From Octopus bimaculoides (lineage: Eukaryota), in contig NC_068987.1 in the NCBI RefSeq assembly GCF_001194135.2, positions 108,510,102 to 108,559,178 on the forward strand: DNA of 49,077 nucleotides, given 5' to 3'. The position numbers were made by a program, and so were the translations under genes. This document shows, piece after piece, positions 1 to 12,654 of this stretch. Position 1 is the first letter of the stretch. Every line of letters starts with the position of its first letter. A model generated the notes under the pieces. The model did not search any database, was not told the origin of the DNA, and saw only the letters and a list, made by a program, of their open reading frames with translations.

Positions 1-263
1 CCCTTAACGTAGTTCTCGGGGAGATTCAGCGTGACAGTATGACAAGGCTGACCTTTTGAATTACAGGCACAACAGAAACAGGAAGTAAGAGAAAGTTGTG
101 GTGGAAGAGTACAGCAGGGTTGGCCACCATCCCCTGCACGAGCCTCGTGGGGCTTTAGGTGTTTTCGCTCAATAAACACTCTCAACGCCCGGTCTGGGAA
201 CCGAAACCGCGATCTTATGACCGCGAGTCCGCTGCCCTAACCACTGGGCCATTGCGCCTCCAC
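1..263 (-). mobile_element. tRNA-derived SINE (family D), 3' end cut by window edge
   Basis: Minus strand starts GTGGAGGCGCAATGGCCCAGTGGTTAGGGC (A box) ... GGTTTCGGTTCCC (B-box-like), followed by a non-tRNA body. Confidence 0.8.
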
Positions 264-1343
264 ACACTCCAAATAAAGATGACATAAATAGTATTGCAGT
301 GTTGTTCAGCATGAAGTTTGTTTTCATTGAGTAGACTTATGTTGAAAAGCATTTAAATTATAACAGCAACATCGACATTTTCGTAAAGAAATAAGTATAT
401 TATCAAAGGTTTACGGTAAAATTTGAGGTAAACTTGGTTGTATTTCTAGCAGTTCTAGTTACCATAGAGAGGTTTCCCAATTACTAAACACTAATTTTTT
501 TGCGTTCTTTACCATTCTGTTTTCAAATCCCGGTGGGATTATCTTTATCCCGGACCTTTACGTGCACGAAACGTAAGTACGATTTAAATGCTATCCTAAG
601 TTAAACAAACAGCGCTCTCCTCTCAAACTATATAGCTCATTGCCTCTATCTGAAACCTCTATTATCAACTTCGTCTTTACTCATTTCTACTTCTATTATG
701 TACCACACAAACACACATGCACACACAGATATTGAATACATATATTTGCATTATGTAAGCATATACATATGTACGCATATGTGTGCGTATATTCTCGTTT
801 ATGTATGGTTGTATACGTCCCAAAGTATTTGTCCTCGTTGATTATTTAAATGTGTATTTGTTTCCCTGTTCCCCTTGCAGCAAACAAAGAAATCCTCATT
901 ATTAATTGTATTAATATTTATTAATATATTTTCTTTTGTTGTTGTTGTCGTGTTTATCGTGAAAAGACGTGTCTCGAAGCAGCTCGTGTTTGAGTTCTTT
1001 TAATATTTGTATTCTCCAGCGTAAGATAAAATTTGTTGCTTTTATTGTAATGCTATTATATGAAGGAAGAAGTGCAAACCTTCACTGTTATATATATATA
1101 TATATATATATNNNNNNNNNNNNNNNNNNNNNNNNNNNNNNNNNNNNNNNNNNNNNNNNNNNNNNNNNNNNNNNNNNNNNNNNNNNNNNNNNNNNNNNNN
1201 NNNNNNNTATTAGATGAATATATATATACGTGTGTGTGTGGGTGTGGGTGGGTGGGTGTGTGGGTGTGTGTGTGTGTGTGCGTTTAGGGGCGATATATTG
1301 TTAATTGTTATGTTTCTGCTGTGAGACAGATATTCATTTCAAC

Positions 1344-1418
1344 ATGGCTGCGATGGCGATGTTGGACGATGATTCTCATTATGGCGGGAGCCAACTTTCT
1401 CCTTTAAAGCATAGGAAA
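1344..1418 (+). CDS. Candidate first coding exon of an unidentified host gene (MAAMAMLDDDSHYGGSQLSPLKHRK)
   Basis: Acceptor ...tttctgctgtgagacAG at 1329, strong Kozak context aacATGG at 1344, 25 open codons, donor AAA|gtgaat at 1419. An upstream donor (aac|gtaagt, 573) could end a UTR exon. No homology recognised. Confidence 0.35.
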
Positions 1419-2030
1419 GTGAATACGATTCTTTTGTGTATTGGAAACAATTGTCCCAATAGCAGCAATAATTCCGACATTGATAATAATACCGACAACA
1501 ACACTGTTATGGAACAATAATGACTATATACTAGGAAAATTGATAATAGTATTGTACACACATGAGACAATAATAACAAGAGCAGCAGAAAGAAGAAGAA
1601 CAACAGGGGTTAACCCTGGTTACAGGAACAGCAGAAATTACTGCGTTAGTGAAAATTAAGACGACGAAAATACGGTTTATCGACATATGACGCTTCTGTG
1701 TAGCTACACTGAAACCTTAAAATTGTGGGCGAAAAATATGGAGAGCGTATTGGGTTGCAGACAGCCAGCAGAATTCGTTTAAAAGAATGTTGTTTAAAAT
1801 GGAGGAGATAGAAACGACAAATGCGTTCATATGCATTTCCCATAAATCAAGGTGAGTTGAAAAATACCTTGAGGAAATATCGAAGACATTATTAATGAAG
1901 CCAGCCAAGCATAAATTATGTGAGAAATAACACTTCTTTGGATGATTGGGCGCTCATTCAGAAGAATAGAGATCGAAAAAGACGAATACAATACGCGGTT
2001 CAGACAATTTCACACAACCGTGTTTCTTAG

Positions 2031-2070
2031 AATCGTGAAGTTCAGGGTGATGATAATAATACTAGAGGGG
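2031..2070 (+). CDS. Candidate 40-nt internal exon (NREVQGDDNNTRG)
   Basis: Acceptor ccgtgtttcttAG (2030), donor GGG|gtgagt (2071). Open in phase 0, compatible with the 1344-1418 exon. Confidence 0.3.
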
Positions 2071-2226
2071 GTGAGTTATTTAATTACAGCTGTCTGAGTG
2101 AAACACACTGGTGGGAGGAGGAATCCGTTGAAGACTGGAATACGATAAAGTTGTAGTCTGAGTTAATGGGAAAACCAGACGAATACAGAGGCATCCTAGA
2201 TACTCAACCAAGTGGAAACTATGTCA

Positions 2227-2464
2227 CACTCACACACACACACACACACACACACACGCATACATACACATATTCACACAAAAACACACACACACATACA
2301 TACACATATTCACACACAAACACACACACACACACACATGCATACACATACATACTCATATTCACACAAAAACACACACACACATACATACATATATTCA
2401 CACACAAACACACAAACACATACACACAGACACACATACACACACACACATACACACACACACA
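2227..2464. repeat. Degenerate (CA)n/(CATA)n microsatellite
   Basis: Direct reading; it generates the HT/CV pseudo-ORFs. Confidence 0.95.
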
Positions 2465-2700
2465 CTGGAATATCCAATGCAGGAATTCAAACAACTACAA
2501 CGGTGAAACCTGCGTACGAACAAATTATATAAGATTGTGTTTATCGTAATTCCTTATATATATATATATATATATATATATNNNNNNNNNNNNNNNNNNN
2601 NNNNNNNNNNNNNNNNNNNNNNNNNNNNNNNNNNNNNNNNNNNNNNNNNNNNNNNNNNNNNNNNNNNNNNNNNNNNNNNNNNNNNNNNNNNNNNNNNNNN

Positions 2701-2806
2701 CTAGGCTATAGTAGAAGACACTTGCTCAAGATGCCACGCATTGGGACTGAACCCGGAACCATGTGGTTCGTAAGCAAGCTACTTACCGCACAGCCACTCC
2801 TTCGCC
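2701..2806 (-). mobile_element. SINE family B, 5' head (rest lies in gap)
   Basis: Reverse complement matches the head of the copies at 14004 and 46430 (GGCG.AGGAGTGGCTGTGCGGTAAGTAGC...GGTTCAGTCCC). Confidence 0.85.
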
Positions 2807-2949
2807 TATATATATGTATATATTATGAATAAAGCCGCAAAGATATCACAGAAACTGTTACTCGGAGTTCCACGCTCCAGTTCGTTGGACATATATACAG
2901 GTAATGCAATAGGGGAGAGAAATGCAAAGTCGAACGAGTGAGAAACTGA

Positions 2950-2965
2950 CGTAGAGAGAGAGAAA

Positions 2966-3003
<38 letters not shown>

Positions 3004-3166
3004 AGGAGACAAAAATAAAGGCATGACACAGGGAGCAATAGAAAAAGAGGAAGTCCACGCATGCGCCTACACACTCGTGCGTTTGTGTATGCATGCGTGA
3101 GGATGAAAAAGTGTGTGTATAGGAATGTGAGAGTAGGTGAGTACGTTTGTGTGCTTTATGTGTGTG

Positions 3167-3233
<67 letters not shown>

Positions 3234-3453
3234 GAGAGAGAGAAAGAAAAAGAGAGGGTTGGAGAGTGACATGGAGAGAGAGCGAAAGAAAGAGAATGTA
3301 AGAAACGAAATGACAGATGAAGTGGGAGAGAGTGTTTGTCGTTGTAACATGCACTGGAGCGATAAAACGGGGTAGAAGAGATTGATGTGAAGAGAGCTAT
3401 ATTTAGGTGAGAGAGTGATAGAAAACGAAAGAGATAAGAGGAGAGATAGACGC

Positions 3454-3511
<58 letters not shown>

Positions 3512-3562
3512 AGAGGGAGAGAGAGAGAGAGAGAAAGAAAGAGAAAGAGAGAGAGAGAGAGA
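2950..3562. repeat. (GA)n and (GT)n microsatellite cluster
   Basis: Direct reading. Confidence 0.9.
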
Positions 3563-3701
3563 AAGGTTCATAGGATTTTTCATCAATGACCTGACCTGGT
3601 CGCTCAGTAAGTCAAGTAAAGCTAAATCCTTTATTTTGTAAAGCCACAACAGTCTCAAGTGATGTGCTCCCGATTGAACTTAACGGCATACAATGTCCAT
3701 A

Positions 3702-3786
<85 letters not shown>

Positions 3787-3793
3787 GCTGCTG

Positions 3794-3884
<91 letters not shown>

Positions 3885-4210
3885 TACCACTAAGACTATT
3901 ACTACCACCACCACCAACATTGCTACTACTACCACTACCACCATTATAACCGCTACTACCACCCCCACCATTACGACTACTACTACCAAAACCACCACTG
4001 CTACTGCTACCACCACCACCACCACCACCACCGCCACCATTACCGCCATTACTACCGCCACCAACACCACCACTACTACTACTACTACCAAAACCACCAA
4101 AACCATCACCACCACTATACTACTTCTACTACCTCCACCACTACTACTATTACAACTACTACTACAACTATTACAACTAGTACTACTGCCATTACTACAC
4201 GACGACGACG
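3702..4210. repeat. Compound trinucleotide array (TAC)n(TGC)n(TAC)n(AAT)n(CAC/TAC)n
   Basis: Direct reading; source of the poly-T/A/N/V/L ORFs. Confidence 0.95.
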
Positions 4211-4589
4211 TCTACTATAGTTATTGCTAGCCATCTCAAGATATGCGTTATCTATAAGTATTTCGGATTTATGTTGCATTGTTGTCCTGTCAATGGGCGA
4301 AGGGTACAGCGTAACCCAGAAATGCACTGAGGAAAAACTTTCCCTGAAAGAAGGGTTTGGGGGGAGAGGTGAGGGAACGGGTAAGTCCTCTCGTTTGTTT
4401 ATTACCGTTTCTCTGTCATGCCTCACCCCAGTTTTAATCTGACCTGATTGCTATGTCACTTCTAGCAATCTAGCGCTCCTAGCAAGAAGGGACACACGAT
4501 TCACCATGTGACGAGTTAGGTATTACTCTGGGCTGATGATATGCAGACAGGTAAGTACTGAAGCTACGACATCTCCTGAGATTCCTGGA

Positions 4590-4737
4590 CGTTGAAATCG
4601 TTGAGATCGTTATAGTCGTTGTGGTCGTCATGGTCTTTGTGATCCTTGAGATCGTTGGGGTCGTTGGGGTCGTTATAGTTGTTTTGATCGTTATGGTCGT
4701 TGTTATCCTTATGACCGTTATGACCGTTGTGCACGTT
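4590..4737 (-). repeat. Degenerate 9-nt tandem repeat, reads (x-Asn-Asp)n on minus strand
   Basis: About 16 units of NNY-AAC-GAY, e.g. cat aac gat, ccc aac gac, ctc aac gat; frame ends at TAG 4564-4566. Confidence 0.8.
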
Positions 4738-5342
4738 CTCCTCCCAGTTCGTCCTGTTGACAGTGCTGCAGTCGTGGATAAAGACCAATAGAAAATGCCT
4801 GGTATCTGAAATGTCTGTTTGACACCCGCAATTATTTCTTAATCGAGCAGTGCCCTAAATTGCGCAATCTTTAAAGGATTAGGTGTGGGTAAGAACATTA
4901 ACATACTAAGATGAGTGGCTGCAGAAACGAATCAACGGAAATCTCTATTCCAGTTAAATTTTTCCATTCGGGTTATTTTCAGAAATTTCTGGTCTGAGAG
5001 TATTCTTGAAAACAATGTTTTATTGCTGGTTGGGAATAGATTGTGCTGGTGTGGCAGCACCGTCAACCAACCTAGTCTGAGTTACGTGTAGAACAAGTTT
5101 AGGATTCGACACACTTTTGGTTAGCGTCGCAGTTAATTTTATGTTTGGTCTTCTTTGATGCTCTCAAATGTATCATTTTTATTCACGTGACTCCACCTCA
5201 TTTTAAGCCTTTCGAATTCAAGAAAATAACGACCCAATCAAATATTGGGTTTAATGCAATCGATAAATCCCTTCTCAAAATTACTTAGCTTAGAACTAAA
5301 TTGGAAACAGTTATTTTTATCAGTATTGCTCGAATTGGCAAT

Positions 5343-5510
5343 GCAGTGAGCCGACATGATCGTTAGTACGCCGGACAATATGCTTAGCGACTTTTCGACC
5401 GTCTTTAAGGTCTGAGCTCAAATTCCGTCGCGGTTGACTTTGACTTTCATCCTTCCAGGGTCGATAAAGTAAGTACAGTCAAGCATCTGAGCCAATACAA
5501 TCGACTTTCT
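5343..5510 (+). mobile_element. SINE family A, diverged copy
   Basis: GAGCTCAAATTCC B-box followed by ttgactttgactttcatcc...gggtcgataaa; homologous to the copy at 31443-31652. Confidence 0.75.
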
Positions 5511-5575
5511 CCATCTACTAAAAAACTGCTGACCCTCTGTAAAAATGTGAGACCATTATTACTCACATGGTTTAA

Positions 5576-5725
5576 GGCAGAATCGTTGGCACGCCAGACA
5601 AAACCCTCAGCTTTTCGTCTTTACGGGGTCAAAAGAATTAGTATCAGCCAAGCACTGGGAGCGATGTAATCGACTATGCACTTCGCCAAAATTTCAGGAC
5701 TTGTGCCTAAACAGAGGACTATTAT
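5576..5725 (+). mobile_element. SINE family A, internally deleted copy
   Basis: ggcagaatcgttggcacgcc head joined to the ggggtc...atcgact...aaaatttcaggacttgtgcc tail. Confidence 0.7.
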
Positions 5726-6399
5726 CACTCTGAGTGAATTTGGTACACAAAAACTGTGTGTTCGGATTGTCCTTGTACAGGGGCCATCCGGACTTCCATT
5801 TTTGCCGTGAACAGGGATTAATCTTCTATCTTCGCTCCTTTGTGCCACATGGGATCAACTCTCCTCCCCTCTCTTCTCTCCCTCTCGCACCAACTTTCTC
5901 CCACCCACCTCCCCTCTCTTGCTCCGACTCCTACTTCTTCTCTTCACTCCTACTCTCCTTCTCTCTTTTCTTCACTCCTACCCACCTTCTCCNNNNNNNN
6001 NNNNNNNNNNNNNNNNNNNNNNNNNNNNNNNNNNNNNNNNNNNNNNNNNNNNNNNNNNNNNNNNNNNNNNNNNNNNNNNNNNNNNNNNNNNNNNNNNNNN
6101 NNNNNNNNNNNNNCCACACCACACACCACCACACCACACACCACCACACCACACACCACCACACCACACACCACACAACACTACATCACGCCACACCACC
6201 ACGTACACACCAGCACTGACCACTTCCCAGCCCCACATCATCCACACACCTACACAAACACACGCACACCTCAAGGTCACCAGCCCTCTTTCACACACAC
6301 ATACATGCTCTCTTATACACACGCACGCAGCATATAGGATCAATACACTAACAACATACCAAATGAAACACCACATAGTACAACAATAGAACAAATCAC

Positions 6400-6830
6400 T
6401 CAGATATAGAAAGTTCGCCTTTTGGAAGATGATCCAAAGCAACAACAAAGCGGATATATAGGAAAAATGCTTCAATCTGATAACGTTAATTCTCCCCATG
6501 CAAACTCTAGATCAAAGCCATTATCGATGAACATGAGGCACAAAGACGTCTCAGCGAAAGAATGGCACTAGAAAAAAGAATATGGAAATAGAACTTCTAA
6601 AATTGAGGGCTCAGACAAATGAAGATAAAGTAATATCCATCGATGAAGAGATCAAGTAAGAAATTAACAAAATGACCCAAGGTCCCGACCTAGAGAAGAT
6701 CTCCAAACTATGGAAAGAGGATTGCGATAAAGAAGAACTGAAATCCCTCCGACGATGGGAATAAAGCGCCACTTGGTTCTCAAACTATGTAAATGTCTTT
6801 CAAACATAATGCGCTTCCAACAACCCTCTT
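6400..6830 (+). pseudogene. Decayed ORF, probably from a retroelement (family unresolved)
   Basis: Reads through stops as ...IELLKLRAQTNEDKVISIDEEIK*EINKMTQGPDLEKISKLWKEDCDKEELKSLRRWE*SATWF. Protein-like helical composition with scattered stops. Confidence 0.35.
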
Positions 6831-7174
6831 CTAAAAATAAGAAAATCAAAACAACACTCAAACACAGATTCACACCTATCTAAAACACGGAACCATCACC
6901 CCTACCAAAATAAGAATACAAGACTTAAACCTAACTTTGTAACCCATCAGCGAAACAACATCGGGAGTACCTCAAGATCAAACAGAGAAATGAAAACTCA
7001 CTACCCGCAGGATAGACATTGTAACCCCTCGCCCACAAGGAATTACCAACGGAATCTTTGTTCCAACAATCCACTAAAGGACCACACACAATAAAATCAA
7101 GCCAAACGTAAAAATTACCAATGACAGCCCCCTAAAATCTCACATCCAAACATGGGACATAGGGACTCACCTTT

Positions 7175-7632
7175 CAATATCCTTCTAAGGAACCGGGATA
7201 GATCGAGATGAACAGTGGTTCCAGCAAAATGGGGCCATCCCACACATTAAACAACTCCCTAGCCTGGCTGAGAGAGCGATTGCAGGAGAGACAAATCAGT
7301 AGGAAATATGACGTTGAGTGGGGTCCCCATTCACCGGACTTGAACCCACCAGATTTTTATCTGTTGCAGTATCTCAAGGATAATGTTTTCTAGAACAAAC
7401 CTCAAACGATTGGTGAACCGAAGTTAGTAATCACATCTGAAATCAGAGAAATCTCTAAAGAGGTATGTGTTCGAGTCATTGACAGTTTTTCGTGACGTAT
7501 GCAAGTGTTTGCGCGACGTTTGCCATTTGGAACATATTTTGAAAATAGCATGACTTATATGCAAAGGGAATGATCGTAGCTGTGTAGGATTTTATGAAAT
7601 TTTTACGGGTTCTGTCTTTTGGGGTCACTCTG
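7175..7632 (+). mobile_element. Tc1/mariner DD41D (rosa-like) transposon, 3' part with terminal repeat
   Basis: WFQQ(D>N)GA..H ... WGPHSPDLNPPDFYL..YLKD, 41 residues between the second and third Asp after correcting one frameshift; ends ggggtcactctg|TA. Confidence 0.8.
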
Positions 7633-7861
7633 TATTTATTGATGTCCTTAAATATATGAGTATGCTAAGTACGTGTGACTAGCTGAATATTTACGCAAAC
7701 ACCTGTATGAATTTGTTTTTGATCTACCGACGTGATTATGTGTGTCCGAACGTGCGTACATTCATGAGTGTATGCATGCGTGCTTGTGTGAGCGTAAGTC
7801 CGCGTGTGTGTGTGCATGTATAATTGTGTATATGTGTGAATATATATCTATATATGTATGT

Positions 7862-7912
<51 letters not shown>

Positions 7913-9007
7913 ATGTGAGTGCGCGCCGTTTCAATCTTCTATCGGGAGTGTATTTGATGCATGAGTAACCCTCCAAGCTTTTCAATGTGTTATAAGACAG
8001 CGTGTGAGTAATTGTGTAATTTTATGCGTGAGGATTTTGTGTACATGTGTGCATGCAAGCGAGTACATATGAGTATACGTGTGTAAACGCATGTGTTTAA
8101 GTGTGTGAGCGTATGGGTAGATACATGTATATGCGTGTGCATTCGTGCGTGAATTTGTGGATGGATTTGTTTGTGTGATTGTGTATGTATATTTGGGCCT
8201 GTGTATGTGTTTGCGTGTTTGTGCGATTGTATATGTCTTTCTATTTGAGTATGTTTTTGTGCATATGTATGTATGTGTGTATGAGAGAATTGAGTTTGTA
8301 GCAGAGAGATATTATGACAGAATGTACCCCACCATAGCCTCCTCCCATACACAGCACGCACACCGTTTTTCATTCTTTTATTCTATTAAAATTTCTTTCC
8401 CAACCTCATTGACCGCACTGCAAAAGGTCAAGTCCATTAACCCCACCCCGGGAATCCTGGTAGAGGCAACCAGAACTTATAGAAGCTGTCCTTTATTAAA
8501 AACGTTCAACGCCAACCACACTCTCCCCCTTCCCCTTCCCATCTCGTTGCGTTTTTCTGTTTCTCACTTAGACAAGTTTCTCTCTCTCTCGCTCTCTTTC
8601 AGACCCGCAATAGATCTAGGTACTAATTTATTACAGATCTACCTTCGAATAAATTTAGACACACACATACAATCACACGCACACATGCACGCACACACAC
8701 ATCACATACATACATACACACGCACACATATACACACACGATCATACACACATACAGAATCGCACACAGATACGTATATATGTACATGCATACATGTATA
8801 AATGCATATACATACAGAGACACACAGGCACACACACACACAATCACACACACACAATCACACACATATGTATATAAGTATACGCATACATACAACTACA
8901 TATATAGATACATCCATACACACTTATACATGTAGATTGATAGATACATACAGAAGCCTGTGTGTATATATGTGATAGTCGCTCCGGTCGGATTCCCTAT
9001 AGGAATG

Positions 9008-9056
<49 letters not shown>

Positions 9057-10097
9057 GTGTGTGTGTGCAGTTGTGTATTTGTATATACACTTTTGTGCGT
9101 CTTTGTGTTGTTGACAAGCCATATAGGTTTGTTTTAATTCCGCGTACCTTAGAGGCGCAGTAGAAAAAACTCTGCCCTAGTATGGCCGNNNNNNNNNNNN
9201 NNNNNNNNNNNNNNNNNNNNNNNNNNNNNNNNNNNNNNNNNNNNNNNNNNNNNNNNNNNNNNNNNNNNNNNNNNNNNNNNNNNNNNNNNNNNNNNNNNNN
9301 NNNNNNNNNNNNNNNNNNNNNNNNNNNNNNNNNNNNNNNNNNNNNNNNNNNNNNNNNNNNNNNNNNNNNNNNNNNNNNNNNNNNNNNNNNNNNNNNNNNN
9401 NNNNNNNNNNNNNNNNNNNNNNNNNNNNNNNNNNNNNNNNNNNNNNNNNNNNNNNNNNNNNNNNNNNNNNNNNNNNNNNNNNNNNNNNNNNNNNNNNNNN
9501 NNNNNNNNNNNNNNNNNNNNNNNNNNNNNNNNNNNNNNNNNNNNNNNNNNNNNNNNNNNNNNNNNNNNNNNNNNNNNNNNNNNNNNNNNNNNNNNNNNNN
9601 NNNNNNNNNNNNNNNNNNNNNNNNNNNNNNNNNNNNNNNNNNNNNNNNNNNNNNNNNNNNNNNNNNNNNNNNNNNNNNNNNNNNNNNNNNNNNNNNNNNN
9701 NNNNNNNNNNNNNNNNNNNNNNNNNNNNNNNNNNNNNNNNNNNNNNNNNNNNNNNNNNNNNNNNNNNNNNNNNNNNNNNNNNNNNNNNNNNNNNNNNNNN
9801 NNNNNNNNNNNNNNNNNNNNNNNNNNNNNNNNNNNNNNNNNNNNNNNNNNNNNNNNNNNNNNNNNNNNNNNNNNNNNNNNNNNNNNNNNNNNNNNNNNNN
9901 NNNNNNNNNNNNNNNNNNNNNNNNNNNNNNNNNNNNNNNNNNNNNNNNNNNNNNNNNNNNNNNNNNNNNNNNNNNNNNNNNNNNNNNNNNNNNNNNNNNN
10001 NNNNNNNNNNNNNNNNNNNNNNNNNNNNNNNNNNNNNNNNNNNNNNNNNNNNNNNNNNNNNNNNNNNNNNNNNNNNNNNNNNNNNNNNNNNNNNNNN

Positions 10098-10130
<33 letters not shown>

Positions 10131-10134
<4 letters not shown>

Positions 10135-10345
10135 TGGTTTAGTGGTTAGGGTGTCAGCATGTCAGCATCATGATCGTAAGATTGTGGTTTTGATTCCTGG
10201 ACCAGGCGACGCGTTGTGTTCTTGAGCAAAACACTTCATTTCACGTTCCTAAGGTCCACTCAGCTGGCAAAAATGAGTAACGCTAAGATGGACTGGCGTC
10301 TTGTCCAGCTGGGGAACACATTCGCCATAGAAACCGGGAAACTGC
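10131..10345 (+). mobile_element. tRNA-derived SINE with CORE-like segment (family C related)
   Basis: A box (TGGTTTAGTGG), B-box-like GGTTTTGATTCC, then gttgtgttcttgagcaaaacactt.atttcacgtt shared with the copies at 16832 and 30828. Confidence 0.8.
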
Positions 10346-11660
10346 ATCATAGAAACCGCATCATATCCCTTCTACAACATCTTTTAATCACCAAGTGTCG
10401 ATGTGTATCCCTTAACCAAGTTTGCATACATGAGGTTGATAACAACATAAGATTTGGAAGGCAGCTCCTTGAGCAACACTTTTTGTCTGATAACCTAGAA
10501 TACTTGCCCAAAGAAGTCGCACGACTCTACTGCAACGTATCATCAGACGAAAAGATGAGCTTATATGAGCAGAAGACTATGCATGGATATGTTACTAAAA
10601 AGCACCGTGATGACACTTGGTGGTTAAAAGATGTTGCTGAAGGGATATAATGCGACATTCAAAGGCATTTTGTATCGATGTTAAGCCTCTTCCTCCTTGT
10701 TTTCGTTTAGGTAGAGGCGATCTACATCACAAAGCAGTTAATCATGGACTAAAAACCGGTTTACTACCTCCCACTTTGAAGGGTATGCGTTTGCAATCCA
10801 GGAACAGGAAATATCGACCAAGTACCTGATGCACAAAAGGGATAAACATGAAGGTAAAGCCGTAAAATGTGACAACCTATGCAGACTTTGTGGAGTTCAC
10901 ACTGAAGATATCACCTACATCATAAGCAGTTGTCCGAAAATGTCATGACGGTATTATCTACCGAGGAGACATGACGTTGTAGCTAGGACACTCTATAAGG
11001 AAATTCGTCGGAAGGATAATCCCGAGAAGAAAGAAATAAGAACCAACATTATGGTAGAAGCCATAGCCACTCATAATAAAGAGGTATACTGGTGGAATGT
11101 ACCACCGAAGACCTCAATAAAATGTAAGCACAACAGACCTGATGTAATGATTAGGGACAGAGAAGAGAAACTGTGGAGAGTTGTGGAAATTAGCTGCCCA
11201 GCGGATGTTAACATAAAGCCGAAGATCAATGAAAAAGAGAACACCTATGGTGAACTATTGAGAAATCTGCAGTTACTCTATCCAGATTACAAGTTCAGGT
11301 TTATGCTTGTAATTATTGGGGGCCTAGGGATATGTAACACACTGCCTAAATACCAATCTTGAGAAATTAGGCTTCTCAAAACCAGAAACGAGAAAGTTAA
11401 TTCGAAGACTACAGATCCAATCCATCACTGGAACTGTAAAGATCTGTAAAACTTTCCAGAAGTTTACCATTTAAACGTATATGAGCATGTCTAGATATGC
11501 AACTATATGCGTGAGAATGCGTACATAAAACATACAAATCTGCACAAACAATCATACCCTGTTGTTGATGTTGAAATTCCAATGAATGAGCCTTGAATGT
11601 AGGTTAGAAACCGGTTCTTTCTCTATTGGCAAGAAATCTTGAAATAAAACTCTACAATGA
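10346..11660 (+). mobile_element. 5'-truncated R4/Dong-like non-LTR retrotransposon (RLE clade), inactivated
   Basis: CCHC knuckle region CRLCGVHTEDITYIISSCPKMS*RYYLPRRHDVV, restriction-like endonuclease HNRPD...VVEISCPADVNI..KINEKENTY..L, 3' UTR ending in a (CATA)n tail. Contains stops and frameshifts. Confidence 0.85.
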
Positions 11661-12069
11661 CATACATACATATACACGAACATACATACATGTATCTGTC
11701 TGTCTGTGTGTGGAATGAAGCTTTATACTTTTGAAATATGTGTTACTGTAAACATGACGCTGCTTCAATTTCAACTTTACTTGTTATTAATATTTTTTAG
11801 TGTTTTGTCATATACGTTCTTTGCAACAGTAATAATAAAAATTTTCTAAGTCTATATTCGTTTCAAGGACTTCTCAGTCTTATCTTCTGGATGAAATCGT
11901 TTTAATGCTTTTTTATTATTTCTCTTTTATTACTGGCAATTAATCTTGGGAATGATGTTGTGTCTGTTTATTTATTCGTTATCACCAGACTTGTATTTTT
12001 CCTCTATTGACGTCACGTTTCTTTCAAGAATTAGCAACTAGTTTTGGCCATGGTGTATGGTTGTGGTTT

Positions 12070-12320
12070 ATTGCCAGGCTATTTTATTTGTATATTGAGC
12101 TTTCTGTCATATTTTTGCCATTAATATGGCTTCTAGTTTTGTGAGGATTTTGCATAAGATAGTTGTGTTATCAACTAATGCTTTGTTATTGTATATATGT
12201 TTATATATCACTGTGTTTGTATTATTATGTAATAGATTGTGCTCTAATGGCTTCTTGTTGAGGATGTGTGGTCATTCATCGAAAAGGTGTCGCACATGTG
12301 TGTCCGATGTAACAGGTTTA
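12070..12320 (-). mobile_element. Penelope-like element, decayed GIY-YIG endonuclease C-terminal part
   Basis: Minus strand reads YIGHT..T..R*MT.H and, after a frameshift, LVDNTTILCK..TKLEAILM, motifs typical of PLE endonucleases. Confidence 0.55.
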
Positions 12321-12654
12321 GCGATAATACTATAGGATAATACTATAGGATCATACATGAAATAAATCTAGTGAGTTGAAAACAACCACTTATCCGAAGT
12401 TATGCATGCAATAGCAGACAAAAACACCGCCTGGGGTATTTAAAAACATAAAGGCAATAATTAATGGAGATACCACCAATAAATATCATTTAACTCAAGT
12501 CTTTGAAAATACAGAAAATGTGGCATTAGTGTTGATCTTGTGCTGATATTTACAGCTTCCATGTCGGCAAATGCATTTGTAATTTATGCTTCCTCTGTAG
12601 TTTATTTAACTATTTTGCAGGGTTGCAGTTAGTTGTAGATGAGAACATTCTTTT

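Noticed and set aside
2166-4230. Long HT/CV/SL/poly-T/V/L ORFs here and throughout the window
   Set aside because: Translations of di- and trinucleotide microsatellites, which lack stops by composition.
4835-4860. RALLD on minus resembling a BEL/Pao protease motif
   Set aside because: Followed by a stop rather than SG, with no other protease or gag context.
9182-10225. 300+ aa ORFs spanning N runs (also at 20157-21245, 28012-29165, 33103-33790, 37662-38248)
   Set aside because: Artefacts of assembly gaps.
12255-12285. TTGAGGATG...CATCGAAA hammerhead-like string
   Set aside because: Lacks the core C and stems I/III; it is the antisense of the Penelope YIGHT coding region.
12321-12350. 13-nt tandem duplication gataatactatag (similar short ones near 22715-22755 and 30410-30445)
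   Set aside because: Ordinary local duplications; too few units and no spacer structure, so not CRISPR-like.
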